A DNA stretch of 64,000 nt, from NCBI GenBank assembly GCA_964187785.1, contig OZ076409.1, positions 44,642,001 to 44,706,000 of the forward strand. The letters run 5' to 3'. Positions 52,847 to 64,000 of the stretch are shown in pieces. The stretch is from Amphiscolops sp. MND2022 (Eukaryota). The number at the start of each line of letters is the position of its first letter. The stretch's first letter is position 1. The position numbers were made by a program, and so were the translations under genes. A model generated the notes under the pieces. It was not told the DNA's origin. It saw nothing but the letters and a program-made list of their open reading frames with translations, and did not search any database.

Positions 52847-53083
52847 TATCCGAACTATATTGCGTTTACCAAGGAGGAGGCGGAGGTTCGGAAACAAGTG
52901 CTCTCATTTGTTCCAGCACGCTGTATTCGAACTTCTGAAGCGTTTTCCGAGACCGAAAGGCACTTTTTTGGTGTTTCGGAACTTTTTTGTGTTTTTCATA
53001 ACGTTCTGAAAATATTTCAAAAACTTTTTTTTAGCTTTTTGAGGCCTAGTGATAGCGCCGACTTGAGACGTTCCCGCCTTGTT
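52478..53083 (-). mobile_element. HINE/DINE-like (Helentron-type) non-autonomous element
   Basis: Ends gcgccgacttgagacgttcccgccttgtt, the reverse complement of the AACAAG terminus at 54203. Hairpin tagttgaagctttt..aaaagctcgacta at the other end. Confidence 0.5.
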
Positions 53084-53514
53084 TGTTCTTAACAATATTG
53101 GTGGCTACGCCTCACCTAGAAAAACGAATGTTTTGTGCCGCATCCGTTCTTTCTTATTTGTGCTGTTCTCATTAAGATTTCCTCGAACTCAAAAAAAAGC
53201 AAAAGTGAGTGAAAATAACAGAAACTGCATCATGATAAATGTACCTTTTTCGTTCTACAAATTAAAAGCTATCACAAACTGAGTTCGGGTGAGTTTCAAA
53301 AAATTTTTGTCGGTAGGTACCCGAAAAACCAAGATTTCAGACATATCGTAGCCTGGGTTTGAAGCCTGGAGTCGGGGTCGGACCTGGGGAGGTTTTTCAT
53401 TCGATGATCTTGTCACATGGTTTCCTCTCTTGGACTTGGGTCCAGATCTTACCCTAGAATAAAAATTGGTATCAACCCTGGTAGTATCGAAGTTAAGTTC
53501 ATTCATTGTTTTAG

Positions 53515-53674
53515 GAGCTATCAACTGCAGTACCCGAACAAGGCACCACTTATCAATACACCTACACGAATTTGGTCGGAGGCACTTGCTACGATCTGAA
53601 AGTAGAGGTCATCTACAACTGCGACAATCCTGATGAGGATCTGTCCAGTTCAACAGAGATCAACAGATGCACAA
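53515..53674 (+). CDS. Host FN3 gene exon J (second half of domain, phase 0-1)
   Basis: ttttag|...|gtcagt, 160 bp, ELSTAVPEQGTTYQYTYTNLVGGTCYDLKVEVIYNC...INRCT. Confidence 0.92.
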
Positions 53675-54202
53675 GTCAGTTGCATTTGAGCTACTCGAGA
53701 AGAATAATAATTCCTATAATAATTGTCCTCGTTGTTTCTCACTGAATTATTGGGTATTAAAATATGGAGTTAAAATCTCCCAAGTTTAAACTTCCTTGAT
53801 TAAAATCTCCCAGAGTTAGGAATATAGGTTAGCTACGTTCACACAAATGGAGGCCGGAGAGACGTGCCGCTACTGGTCCAGCGGCAGGTTTTGACGGAGA
53901 TCGACCTGAAGTGGCGATAAACGCCTGGAAGGAGGAAGGCCGAGTCATACACACGTTTTTTTTTGCTTCATTTCATTTTAAATATTTTAACATAGATTAA
54001 ACTAGGAGATTTTGACATGTAACTGAATTATTTATTAGTTTTTAGCAATTATAGATCAGCAGCTTGAGCACTACTTTAGTATTAAAATTTCAAATTTTGA
54101 ACAAATTAGGCCTTAAGTTTTTAGTCCGACTATTACAGTGGGTAGTTTTTTTAGACGCGTACGGTACACTTTTTTGTTCATTTGTTCAACAACATCAACT
54201 TG

Positions 54203-54579
54203 AACAAGCCGGGAACGGCCCAAGTCGGCGCCATATCTAAGGCTCAAAAAGACTCGAAAACCACTTTTTCTACAACTGGAGACAACAAAAGCTCTCAAAA
54301 AACTAAAAATTGAGAAAAAAAATTTCCGATTTTTTTGAAATTTTTTTTTGAAGTTTCCGGTAAGTCGCACAGTGCCGAAAAATGTAAAAGGGGGTCGCTT
54401 TTTATCTCATGTTAGACGCTTTGGATGCGTTGAAAATGAAGTACTAAGTACATATGGTAAAAATTGGTAAATGTGCATTAATTGCATTAATGCACAAAAA
54501 GTGGACGTTACGCGTTGAACTGACGAAAAAAAAACTAGCCACTGTAAGAGTCGGGATTTTCTTCGAAAACGCCGACTAA
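54203..54579 (+). mobile_element. HINE/DINE-like non-autonomous element
   Basis: Starts AACAAGCCGGGAACGGCCCAAGTCG and ends in hairpin agtcgg...ccgact. An inverted partial copy ends at ~55015. Confidence 0.5.
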
Positions 54580-55321
54580 CAACGGACGTCCAAAACATTC
54601 TCGAAACGCCAGAACTTCCTCCAAAACAAAAACATCGACGTCCAGAAACTCGAAAACATACTAAGGATCCCCCTTTTGGTGTTTTTCACTCAGATTTTTA
54701 TCGGCACAATGCGACTTTTTTTTGAGAATTTTTGGATTGCACCAAAGGGTCTCCTCTTCATTTGTTTCGATATTTTGCAACCCAATGATGTCAAAAAATC
54801 CCAAAGGGCTCCCCTTTTAATTTTTTGGCTCTGTGACACTGTTCAAAAATCTCATTTCAATATTTTCTCGGAAATTTTTTAAAATCTCCCAAGGGTCCCT
54901 TCAATTTTTTTTCATATTTTGCAACCAACTGGATTTTCACAAAACCCAAAGGGTCCCCCCTTTTACAATTTTGAGCCTTGGATATAGCGCCGACTTTGGC
55001 CGTTCCCTGCTTGTTTTTTCTTTCGTTTTATGATTATTTGACTAATTTTCAAAAATTGATCGATCACAACGACTATTTTTTCTTAAATGTCTGAATGTGA
55101 AATTCAAGTAACATGATGTCCTTGAAACGACATAATTAATATAGATTAATACAGATTGATTAAGCAAATTGAAAGACAAAGTGTGAGTAATGCGGGTTTG
55201 TATAGAGATGACAATCACACAAAAGTATCCCCTATGTGATCCAATACAAAGATCGGTCTGCATCTGAAAGTGTAAAGAAAACAGGCATGTTTTTATCACT
55301 GATACGAAAGTCGGGTTAGAG

Positions 55322-55620
55322 ACATGATTTGCCCTGAGGAGTTAAGTGCGCTACAAAACAAAGAAAAATTTGGAAAATACGACACTACGATATGATTACA
55401 CTTGGATATGAGAAATTAAAAGACCAATAATTTTTATCACATTTTCTCAAAACAACACAATCGAATCGCCCTAGAAGAATTTAGAATTCTATCAAATGTT
55501 GAATAAGGTGTGGTTTTCACTGTATCTCTCAAGCAAAATTGTATGCCAAATTCACAGCCGGGTTTTGTTCAGACTGTTTTTTTGTTTGAAAACGTTTGTC
55601 ACATACTGTAACGACCAGCG
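55322..55620. repeat. Left copy of the ~295-bp flank duplication around Gypsy-B
   Basis: acatgatttgccctgagg...catactgtaacgac.agcg recurs at 61187-61479. Confidence 0.95.
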
Positions 55621-58600
55621 TTATAGCTGAGGGTTTCTCGATGAAAACAGATTTGAGCAAGCAGAACTTGTAGACAATGTATTCAATGTAGACCATATGG
55701 TGAATGGTCGTTGAGATTATTTTCATGATACAGTTTTATTTATCAACAACTTGCTAATTTACTTTTAGATTAACTGCTCTTTTTGTTGGAGTTAGTTTGA
55801 GGTCGCCCTCTCACATCCCTCCATTTAATGTTAATGTACATCACCATAACATACGTAACAAGATCATAACTATAAGTAAATATTAATAATAAATATACTC
55901 AAGCAGTAACTGATCGCGTAACAAATTAACATAAATGGTATTTAGGAATACCGGTAGTAATGTTTGAGTAACTGGTACTGTAATTTTTTGGTTCAAAGTT
56001 TGGTTTCTTGTATGTTTTCGCGTCTGTTACTTTTTTGTTTCTTCGTGTTGTTCTTCGGTTCTTGGGCCATCTATTTTGGTCATAATAACATTGTGGCCAA
56101 AGAATTCCGTTCTCTGGCGATTGCGTTCTCCACGTCTGCGTTCTTGTATTGTGTCTCTCCGTGGTGGCAGGTTTGTTCGAGTTGTGTTTTTGCTAGAGTC
56201 GTCCGGACTTGTTTCTTCTTGGCTCTCTTGTTTTATGTTTACTTGTTCTTCTTGTCCCATCATTTCTTCTTCCTCGTCGGATTCGGTTAAATCGATCACT
56301 GGGGTGCTTTCTTGGATTGTTGGCAGGCTGTTAGCTTTCTTCTTCTTTTGTTGTCTTCGTACTTTATCTTTCAGTTGTTTTATGGCGGATCTCTTTTGTT
56401 TTATTTCCAACTTTGTTGTTGTTGGGGTTTTTGGCTCCTTGACTTGTTTTGTTGGCCGTTCTGTGTCGCACTCATCAGTATTGTTATTGCTTGTGGTATT
56501 GTCCAATGATAGTGACGAATTGCTGTGATTGGTCAATTCGTCTTGACTTGCCAACTCGCGCGTATTTGCCACGTCGACGTGTTCTGCCATTTGTTTGCGT
56601 AGTTGGTTTAGTCGTCTATCTGCCTCCTGTGAGCTGCATGGCTGTTCATCTGCAGTTTCGTATTGTTGCTGCTCCGTGACGTTGTTTGTCTTGGCAATAT
56701 CTCTTTTGGATATTATTGTTTCCTGTGTTTTTCCGGCAGGAAGGAAAGTGATGGTATGTTGGGACTGGTCGAGAATTGTACCCTTTCGCTTCTTGTAAGC
56801 GTTTTCCAGTTTGGTCCCTCGGACCCGCTCCCTGACAAAAATTATAGAATTTTGTCCCGATTCGACATCAGACGACGACAGTTTGAGTTCTTCTGATGAT
56901 TCTGAAATAGGTAATTCACGACTGGTTACTAATTTCTTGATAGTGTTTGGTTCTATTCCAACATATTTTTCATACGGAGATTTGCCATTTCTTGTTGGGT
57001 ACACACGTAGTGCAAACAGAATCTCTGATAAGCCCGAATGATCTCTTCGCAGTACGATTTGTTTGTTGGTACGTAGTCGTTCATTTATAGTGCGGATCAG
57101 ACGTTCTATTTTTCCGTTTCCTCGATGATCACCGATGGGGCATTCAATGTGTTGAATGAAACGATTGGCGTAAAATGTATTGAATCGTTTACTTCGGAAA
57201 ATAATCGCTGGGTCAGTCCTAATGCTTTTTGGGATGCCGTGCCTGGCTATGTAATTTTTTTCAAAACTCAAAACCTTTCTCTGTCGTAGGCTTTCTTAAA
57301 AATTTAGCCTCCGGCCACCCCGACAAATGGTCTATAGAAACTAGGAGATATTGTTTTGCTGCAGGTGCGTTTTTAAAGGCCGGCAAAATCTATTGCGATT
57401 TCCTGATTAAGTTCACTTACCGTGGGTAATTTACCAACTTGTTTTTGGGTCAATAATGATTTGATATTCTTACCTGCATTTTGGCACTGTGGGCTTGTTT
57501 TTGCTAAATTGACGGCCTCCCGATGCAGTCGCGGCCACCAGACGTTGGATACCGTCGCTAGCATTGTATCCCTCCCGGGATGTCCGTAATGTAGAGAGCG
57601 AATAATGCTTTGACGTAACGCTTTTGGTATAACTAAACGTTCATCCATGTAAATAAAATCATTTGGATCTAGGCTCAAACAACGGAATTTTTCCCTCCAA
57701 GGTGTGGGAAGACGATTTATTTTTGTACTGTCTGGCTTTTTAAGGAGGGCCACAATTTTTTTGCATAAATTCGTCTGTTCCATATTGTGAGGCGAAATTG
57801 AAATTGCCCAGTGTTTGCAGAACTTAGATCTGATTAACACTATAGCAGATCGGTACTTTTAGTGGTTGTTGGTTTGCTGCGTGACGGAATTCCTCGGTCA
57901 TTGTATCGCTTGCTTGTTCAGATTCACTGCTTTGCGATGTTTTAATGATTGTGGCAATCTCGTTAAGTGTTTGTTTATTTACATTCGCGACGTCGCTCGC
58001 TTTTGTCAGTTCGCTCTTACTTGGTGAATTATCGCTGTCTTGCCATTGGCTGTCATTCACTGCGTACGGTGCTATTGGCTGTTCTCTCGCGTTTTGTGCT
58101 TGGGACGTATCTGAAACAAATTTATTTTTGGTTATTTCATTTACAGTAAACCAGTTGTTTCACATTTCTTCTGCTTTAATTTTGTGTATGTTACTAGCGT
58201 TTTCAGAAGGGTGGCGTGATAAATAATCTGCGATACCCATGATTCGGCCTGGTGCATGTACTACAGTAAATTGAAATGGTAAAAGGCGATCTACCCACCT
58301 AGTTAATCTTGACGAAAAGGTCTTATTAGCTCGATTATCGCGTAAAATGGTTGTCACTGCCTTGCGGTCTGTAACTACTTCGAATTCGGTGCCGTGTACA
58401 AAATTTTCAAAATTTTGCAATAAACCACACTACTGCTAGAAGTTCTAATTCGTTCATCGAATACTTCTTTTCAAATTCAGTGAGAAATCGCAATGCGAAA
58501 TGAGTGGTTACCCATTCTGCACCTGGTTTTTGTTGTAATACTGCTCCAAGACCTTCTTTACTAGGGTCGCAAATAATTCTTGTTGGAGCGTCTCGTTGAA

Positions 58601-61185
58601 AATGTTTTATCGCAGTGATTTCTTTGATAGCTTCCTTAATCTTACTGCATGCGTTTTCATGCTCTGTTCGCCATTGCCATTCTGCATCTTTTCGTAATAA
58701 TGGGCGTAATAGTGCACACAAGTGAGCTAAACTGGGTATAAAGCGATTCATCTGATTAATTACACCCAAGAAAGATCGTAGATCTTTCAAGTTTTTCGGG
58801 CGTAGTCGATCTGTTATAGCTTGTATCTTTTCCTCTATTGGTCGAATTCCAGCTGCTGATACTTTGTATCCCTACCATTCAGTTTCTTTCTGTGCCAATT
58901 TGCATTTTTTCAAAATTTAATCTCACGCCAGCCTTGTCCAACACTCGGATAATTTCTTCCACCTATTGCATATGGGCTTCGTGGGTCCCTTTGGTGACTA
59001 TTAAGATGTCATGCAAAAATGTAAAAGTATTCTTCGTTGCGTGTAGTATTTTATCCATGATATTCTGAAACTCTGGAGGTATTATTGTTAGACCATAATA
59101 TCCAGTGTTGAAAGCATATGTGCCGGTGGATTCGCCTCCCACAATTTGAAAGTTGCAGTGTCTTGCTGTATTGGGATGTAGTGGGGTTTGGCCACAGGCA
59201 TACAGCATGTCAAAAGAAGAAAACCACACTTCCCCGTCCTTTTCTTCATTTACGACTTCGGCCATGTTCTGCATTAAACTTTCCAAATTTGGCCTTTGGT
59301 GTTTACTTTTTAATATGGCATTATTCAGTGACCTGGCATCCAGTGCAATTTTTACACTTCGGTCCTTTTTGACTGTTATCACTACAGGTTGAATAAACAT
59401 TTCAACTGAGATTTTGTCGACTCTTTTGATATGTCCTGCTGCCAGCAAATTTCTAACTTTTGCGTCCACTGCTTTTTGAAGTTGAAGTGGTACTCGTCTA
59501 CCCTTATGTTGAGTAATCTTCGCTCCTTCTTTAAATTCGATCTTTATACTGTGACCAGCAATTTTTCCTTTACGTGAAAAAATCTTGGGGAACTTTTGTT
59601 GAATACGTTTTAATTCTGGTGACAATTCGACTTTACTTTCTATATTATTTACAATGAAAGGGTACTCACTTTCTTTGGATGCCTTCGCTACTCTGAAGTT
59701 CAACTGTGTTAACCAGTCTCGGCCAATCAAAGATCGTTTTCCATCTCTGACAATGATGAGTTTGGCCTTCTTGATGTTTCTTCTCTCTACTTGTCCGTCA
59801 ACTGTAATGTATCCAAGTAAGTTAAGACGTTTTCCATTGTAGTCCACGTATTGCTCATTTTTAGGAAGTGGTCTGGTAAACAGTACATCTGATTTGGTTA
59901 TTTGGCGAATATCCTCTTTCGTGAATATAGTAATAGGCGACCCCGAGTCAATCATCGTCTGAAATGGTTGTTTGTTTATTTTTCCCTTTAACATAAAAGG
60001 TGGAGTTCCTGTGTTTCCAGCGAGATGCAAAACTACTTTGTCGTTTTCACCTGAGCTGTGTTCTGATTGGTCCGTGGCTTGGCCAATTAAATTAACTCGT
60101 TGAAATTTGCCACGTTGAGAGGATTTGCCAGATCCTCTGAAACTGCCACTTTTTGGTCTTTTACACATACGCATAAAATGGCCAACCACGCCACTGTTGC
60201 GACATTTTTCTCACTTCGCTTTACATACTGATAAGTGGTTTTGATTGAATTCCCAACCACAACGGGTACATGGATTCTTGTTTTTATTTTCGATTGCACA
60301 CACTGGTTCTTTCTTTGTAATGTTTCCGCTTGTGAAGCTTTGTTGTTGTATTATGCCCTCCTCAAAAGCAATAGCAAAGCGTAACGCCTCTTGTGGTTGC
60401 TCTTTCGGGTCAGTACATAAACGCATTTGCACCGTTTTATTGTGCATGTTCTGGATAAAAGTATCCATTGTAAGTCCTTCTGTTTGTTCGAATTCACAGC
60501 GTGCTGCTAACCCAGTCAGATTGTTCCAAAATTGGCGTAATGATTCATTTTGCAATTGTTTACGAGAAAGGAATTTAAATCGGTCCAGTGTACGATTTCT
60601 AGGCCGTTGAAAAGTATCCTTGCAATTGGCTTTTTTTCGCGCAGGGATGCTGTTGCAACTGTCATATGAGGATATTTGTCAGTTAGGTTCTTGCGTCCTG
60701 CCGCTCCCAATGAAAGAAATAAAAAAATACTCACAATCTTGCGTTCTGCGGCCTGTTCGTTGGTGTTGTTTAGTAATGCCGCTTGTCTCGGCTGAGCTTC
60801 TGTAGGTGTACGTAACAGTTCGTGGACTGAAAATGAATGTTTGGCATTTACGGCCACTATGAAGATGTCCCACCATTTTTCCCATTCTATTCTAGGTGGG
60901 GTGCTGTGCTGATCCCAATATGGTGGCAGTCCCGCCAATGCTGACGGACCGCTGGTTGCTGTTCCTCCGCTGGAGTCAATAATGTCTCTCAGCGCCATGT
61001 TATAGCTGAGGGTTTCTCGATGAAAACAGATTTGAGCAAGCAGAACTGTAATTCAATGTAGACCAAATGGTGAATGGTCGTTGAGATTATTTTCATGATA
61101 CAGTTTTATTTATCAACAACTTGCTAATTTACTTTTAGATTAACTGCTCTTTTTGTTGGAGTTAGTTCGAGGTCGCCCTCTCACA
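55620..61185 (-). mobile_element. Gypsy/Ty3 LTR retrotransposon (Gypsy-B), both LTRs present, coding region decayed
   Basis: LTRs 55620-55815 and 60998-61185, PBS TGGCGCTGAGAG (tRNA-Ser-like), PPT AATGGAGGGA. Fragments of gag, protease (MIDSGS), RT (FLHDIL), RNase H (ADYLSR) and integrase (LHYGHPG, GKIER). Confidence 0.95.
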
Positions 61186-61186
61186 C

Positions 61187-61480
61187 ACATGATTTGCCCT
61201 GAGGAGTTAAGTGCGCTACAAAACAAAAATTTGGAAAATACGACACTACGATATGATTACACTTGGATATGAGAAATTAAAAGACCTTTAATTTTCATCA
61301 CATTTTCTCAAAACAACACAATCGAATCGCCCTAGAAGAATTTAGAATTCTATCAAATGTTGAATAAGGTCTGGTTTTCACTGTATCTCAAGCAAAATTG
61401 TATGCCAAATTCACAGCCGGGTTTTGTTCAGACTGTTTTTTTGTTTGAAAAAGTTTGTCACATACTGTAACGACAAGCGT
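61187..61480. repeat. Right copy of the ~295-bp flank duplication
   Basis: Matches 55322-55621 with about six substitutions and two small indels by eye. Confidence 0.95.
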
Positions 61481-62198
61481 CGGACGCTTGCATGCCAACG
61501 AAGGGGAGGGACTAGAACGGAGACTTCGTGACCGGGACTGACTGTCTCTAAGTACCAGCCCATTTTTTCGCAGTGCACCGGTCCCGGGGAGGAGGCACAG
61601 TATTGTACGACTCTCACCAGCCTTAGTCTGATCTATAATTGCTATAGATAACCTTATCTTGCTCGCTGTCGTCCTCAGGACTACCGTTTAAACACCTTCT
61701 AAAAACTGGGTACAGGAACACCAACCTGTAAATTTCAGGATATACAGGTTTCCATATGAATCACCAATAAAAGCAGCCCTCGAACATACAAATCTAAACA
61801 TTATAACAACAATGTAGGACACTGGCAACAATCCACCCAGCCCGGGAGCTGGGTGTTTCCGTGTGCACTAATCGGCAGGGTTCACACGGCCGGCATTATG
61901 GGGTTATAGCACTGCATTACAAAATGCAAAAAGATTCCCATTTGCATAGGCGCTAGCGCATCAATTTCTTCTTTTTTTTTTTAGATTGATTCTTTTTCTG
62001 ATAACTCTCTTCTAGGCATTCTCTCGTTTACGCGGCGGTTTTTTGTTGCTTGTTCACATTTCTGGCAGGTGCTTAGTAAAACATGCTCAGTGGTAAACCA
62101 AAATTGGCTTGAACGAAATTTTCAAAGGATAGATTTTTCATTTTTGATAATCCTGTCAGCTGTTAAAGAAAATTGGGTGGCAACAGGGGTACGTTACA
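61466..62198 (+). mobile_element. Probable solo LTR
   Basis: TGTAACG...CGTTACA inverted ends, tac on both flanks, internal AATAAA at 61766. An alternative end lies at 61921. Confidence 0.45.
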
Positions 62199-62363
62199 TA
62201 CTATTCTGTGACTTGAAATCTCTCTTTGAAACTTGGAGCCTTATAAAATTTCTGACACCAGACACGCGTCTTTGTTTCTTTAGATAATGATCACCATATT
62301 TGATACACTTTTGCTTTGCTTACTGTTGTCCACTTTCAATTCTTAAAAATCTTTTTTTTTCAG

Positions 62364-62445
62364 CTCCAACCAAAGTTCAGAGTGCAATTTTTTCGGATGT
62401 CTTCAATGAGAATGGTGACCCCGATTTGACAGGCAGCAAAATAAG
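62364..62445 (+). CDS. Host FN3 gene exon K (start of next domain, phase 1-2)
   Basis: (t)9cag|CT CCA ACC...ATA AG|gtaac, PTKVQSAIFSDVFNENGDPDLTGSKI. Phase matches exon J. Confidence 0.75.
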
Positions 62446-64000
62446 GTAACTATTTTTGGCAAAATCCAAAGCGATGAAGACGTGAAAAGTTCAAGCGTAG
62501 TGGCAATACCAAATGTTTAGTTCTTTTGGACAAAGCAAAAAGTTCGAATATCTCAAATATACCCTCTTAAATGCTCAAAAACTATTTCCAATGTCAGAGT
62601 TTCAACAGATTTAAATTACCACGTTTCTGCTTTTCTCTGATAAAATCTTTTCATTTCTATGGTTAGCACCAATGGTTAATTCGACAGAGAAAACCAATAC
62701 TTATGGCAAAATACGTTTCGAGCAAAAAAATTTAGTTACTGCAAATGAGAACTTTTTGTCAATGGAGACATGTTTTTGTTTATGAATAATTAAAACATAC
62801 ATATACAAAATGTGTAATTCTTTGTCCAAGAACAGTTTCAAGTACTTTTATAGAAACCAAACATTGTTAAGAATATTACTTCAGAGACAAAATCTAACAA
62901 GAAGTAGCACTGCTATATTTTTCTTATAATGTTACATCAGAAAATTTCCAAGTGGGGCCCTTCTGGGTAAGGAAAAGAATTTATTTTGTCTTAAAATATT
63001 TAAAAACCCGATCTTGTAACATTTCTTCGAAAAATGTTGGTTAAAAAAGTCCAACAGTTCCAAAATTATCCAGAGGTGTGACCCTTCAAGCTCGAAAATG
63101 TTCCTCTATGTTCAAGCCTCTATGTTCCTATGCTCGCAGAACGCTTTGTCCCTACTAAAAATTAGAGAGAGCTTCAGATGACAAAAATTCGGAAAAAGTT
63201 GCGTAGTGCAGAAAAAGGGACCCTTTGGTCCTTCCTCTAACAATGCGGGTAAAAAAATTGGTTTAGTGAAGGACTCGAACCCACGTACCGATAGAAAGCT
63301 ATTGTACGATATTTGCAATCAAGTGATCAAGCATTAGTCGATTCAAAACTGCAGTTCAAAGGATTTGCTGAAGTTCATTAGGTCTGACTGCTAAGCAATG
63401 AATAATGTTGTTTGTTACTGAAAGCGCAAAGAAAGCGAAATTGACTTAATATCCGAAAAGGTTCTAACAGCGGAAGCGACGACTCAAATTTGCGCTCATC
63501 TGATTGATCGGAACTTTCAGGCATTTATTATCGAAACATTACATCAAAATCAGTCACAAGTAGTATTACAGAATTGTGGAAATGTTGGCGTCCGACTTTC
63601 CAAAAATATTGCTGTCAAGTACTGAGAGTTTCTTCTGAAATCAGTACATTGAAATATTCTCTTGTTCTCTTGTTTTGGTACGCTTTGGTACCAAATAGCA
63701 AAAAGCCCAAACATCAACAGCGAAAACTCTCAAGGTGCCTTTTTTCTCATGACATCCAATTGACAAAAATCCCAGGCAAAAAGTTCATTAAATTTTGATC
63801 ATAAGGACAACGATAATCTTTGGTTTTGAATTTAAATGAAAATTCAAATTTTTGAACATGGTATTTTAAGGAAATTTGAAATTTTTCGAAATTCAACACG
63901 TCTGAAAAACGACTTGTCACAAGAAAAATCTCACTCGATCGTTTTTGTAGCCATTACAATGCCTTCAATTTTCATGTTAAACTTTTTTCTAAAAATGCGT

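Noticed and set aside
62413..62424. TGGTGACCCCGA matching the tRNA-Trp PBS
   Set aside because: Lies inside exon K (NGDPD) with no adjacent LTR end or gag; treated as coincidence.

Overview
Eukaryotic, AT-rich, transposon-dense animal DNA; the taxon cannot be established from the sequence. About 11 small + strand exons (~1.9 kb spread over 11.6-62.4 kb, missed or fragmented by the ORF track) splice into the middle of a gene encoding tandem, unusually Cys-bearing fibronectin type III (FN3) repeats. Its introns hold two Gypsy/Ty3 and two BEL/Pao LTR retrotransposons, all antisense to the gene. They also hold a decayed Gypsy, solo or partial LTRs, CCC-ended MITEs with 2-bp TSDs, HINE/DINE-like repeats, hAT remnants, a 500-bp spacerless palindrome, tandem duplications and a 200-N gap. 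Most unusual: (1) a Gypsy lineage whose gag ORF starts 110-190 codons inside the LTR and reads through the PBS, so solo LTRs keep a promoter, an ATG and a long open-ended coding stretch; (2) a ~326-codon antisense ORF in the 3' region of the same element; (3) a Gypsy flanked by a ~295-bp host duplication instead of a 4-6 bp TSD, with a microhomology junction suggesting one-ended integration. All calls are by eye; no database searches were run.
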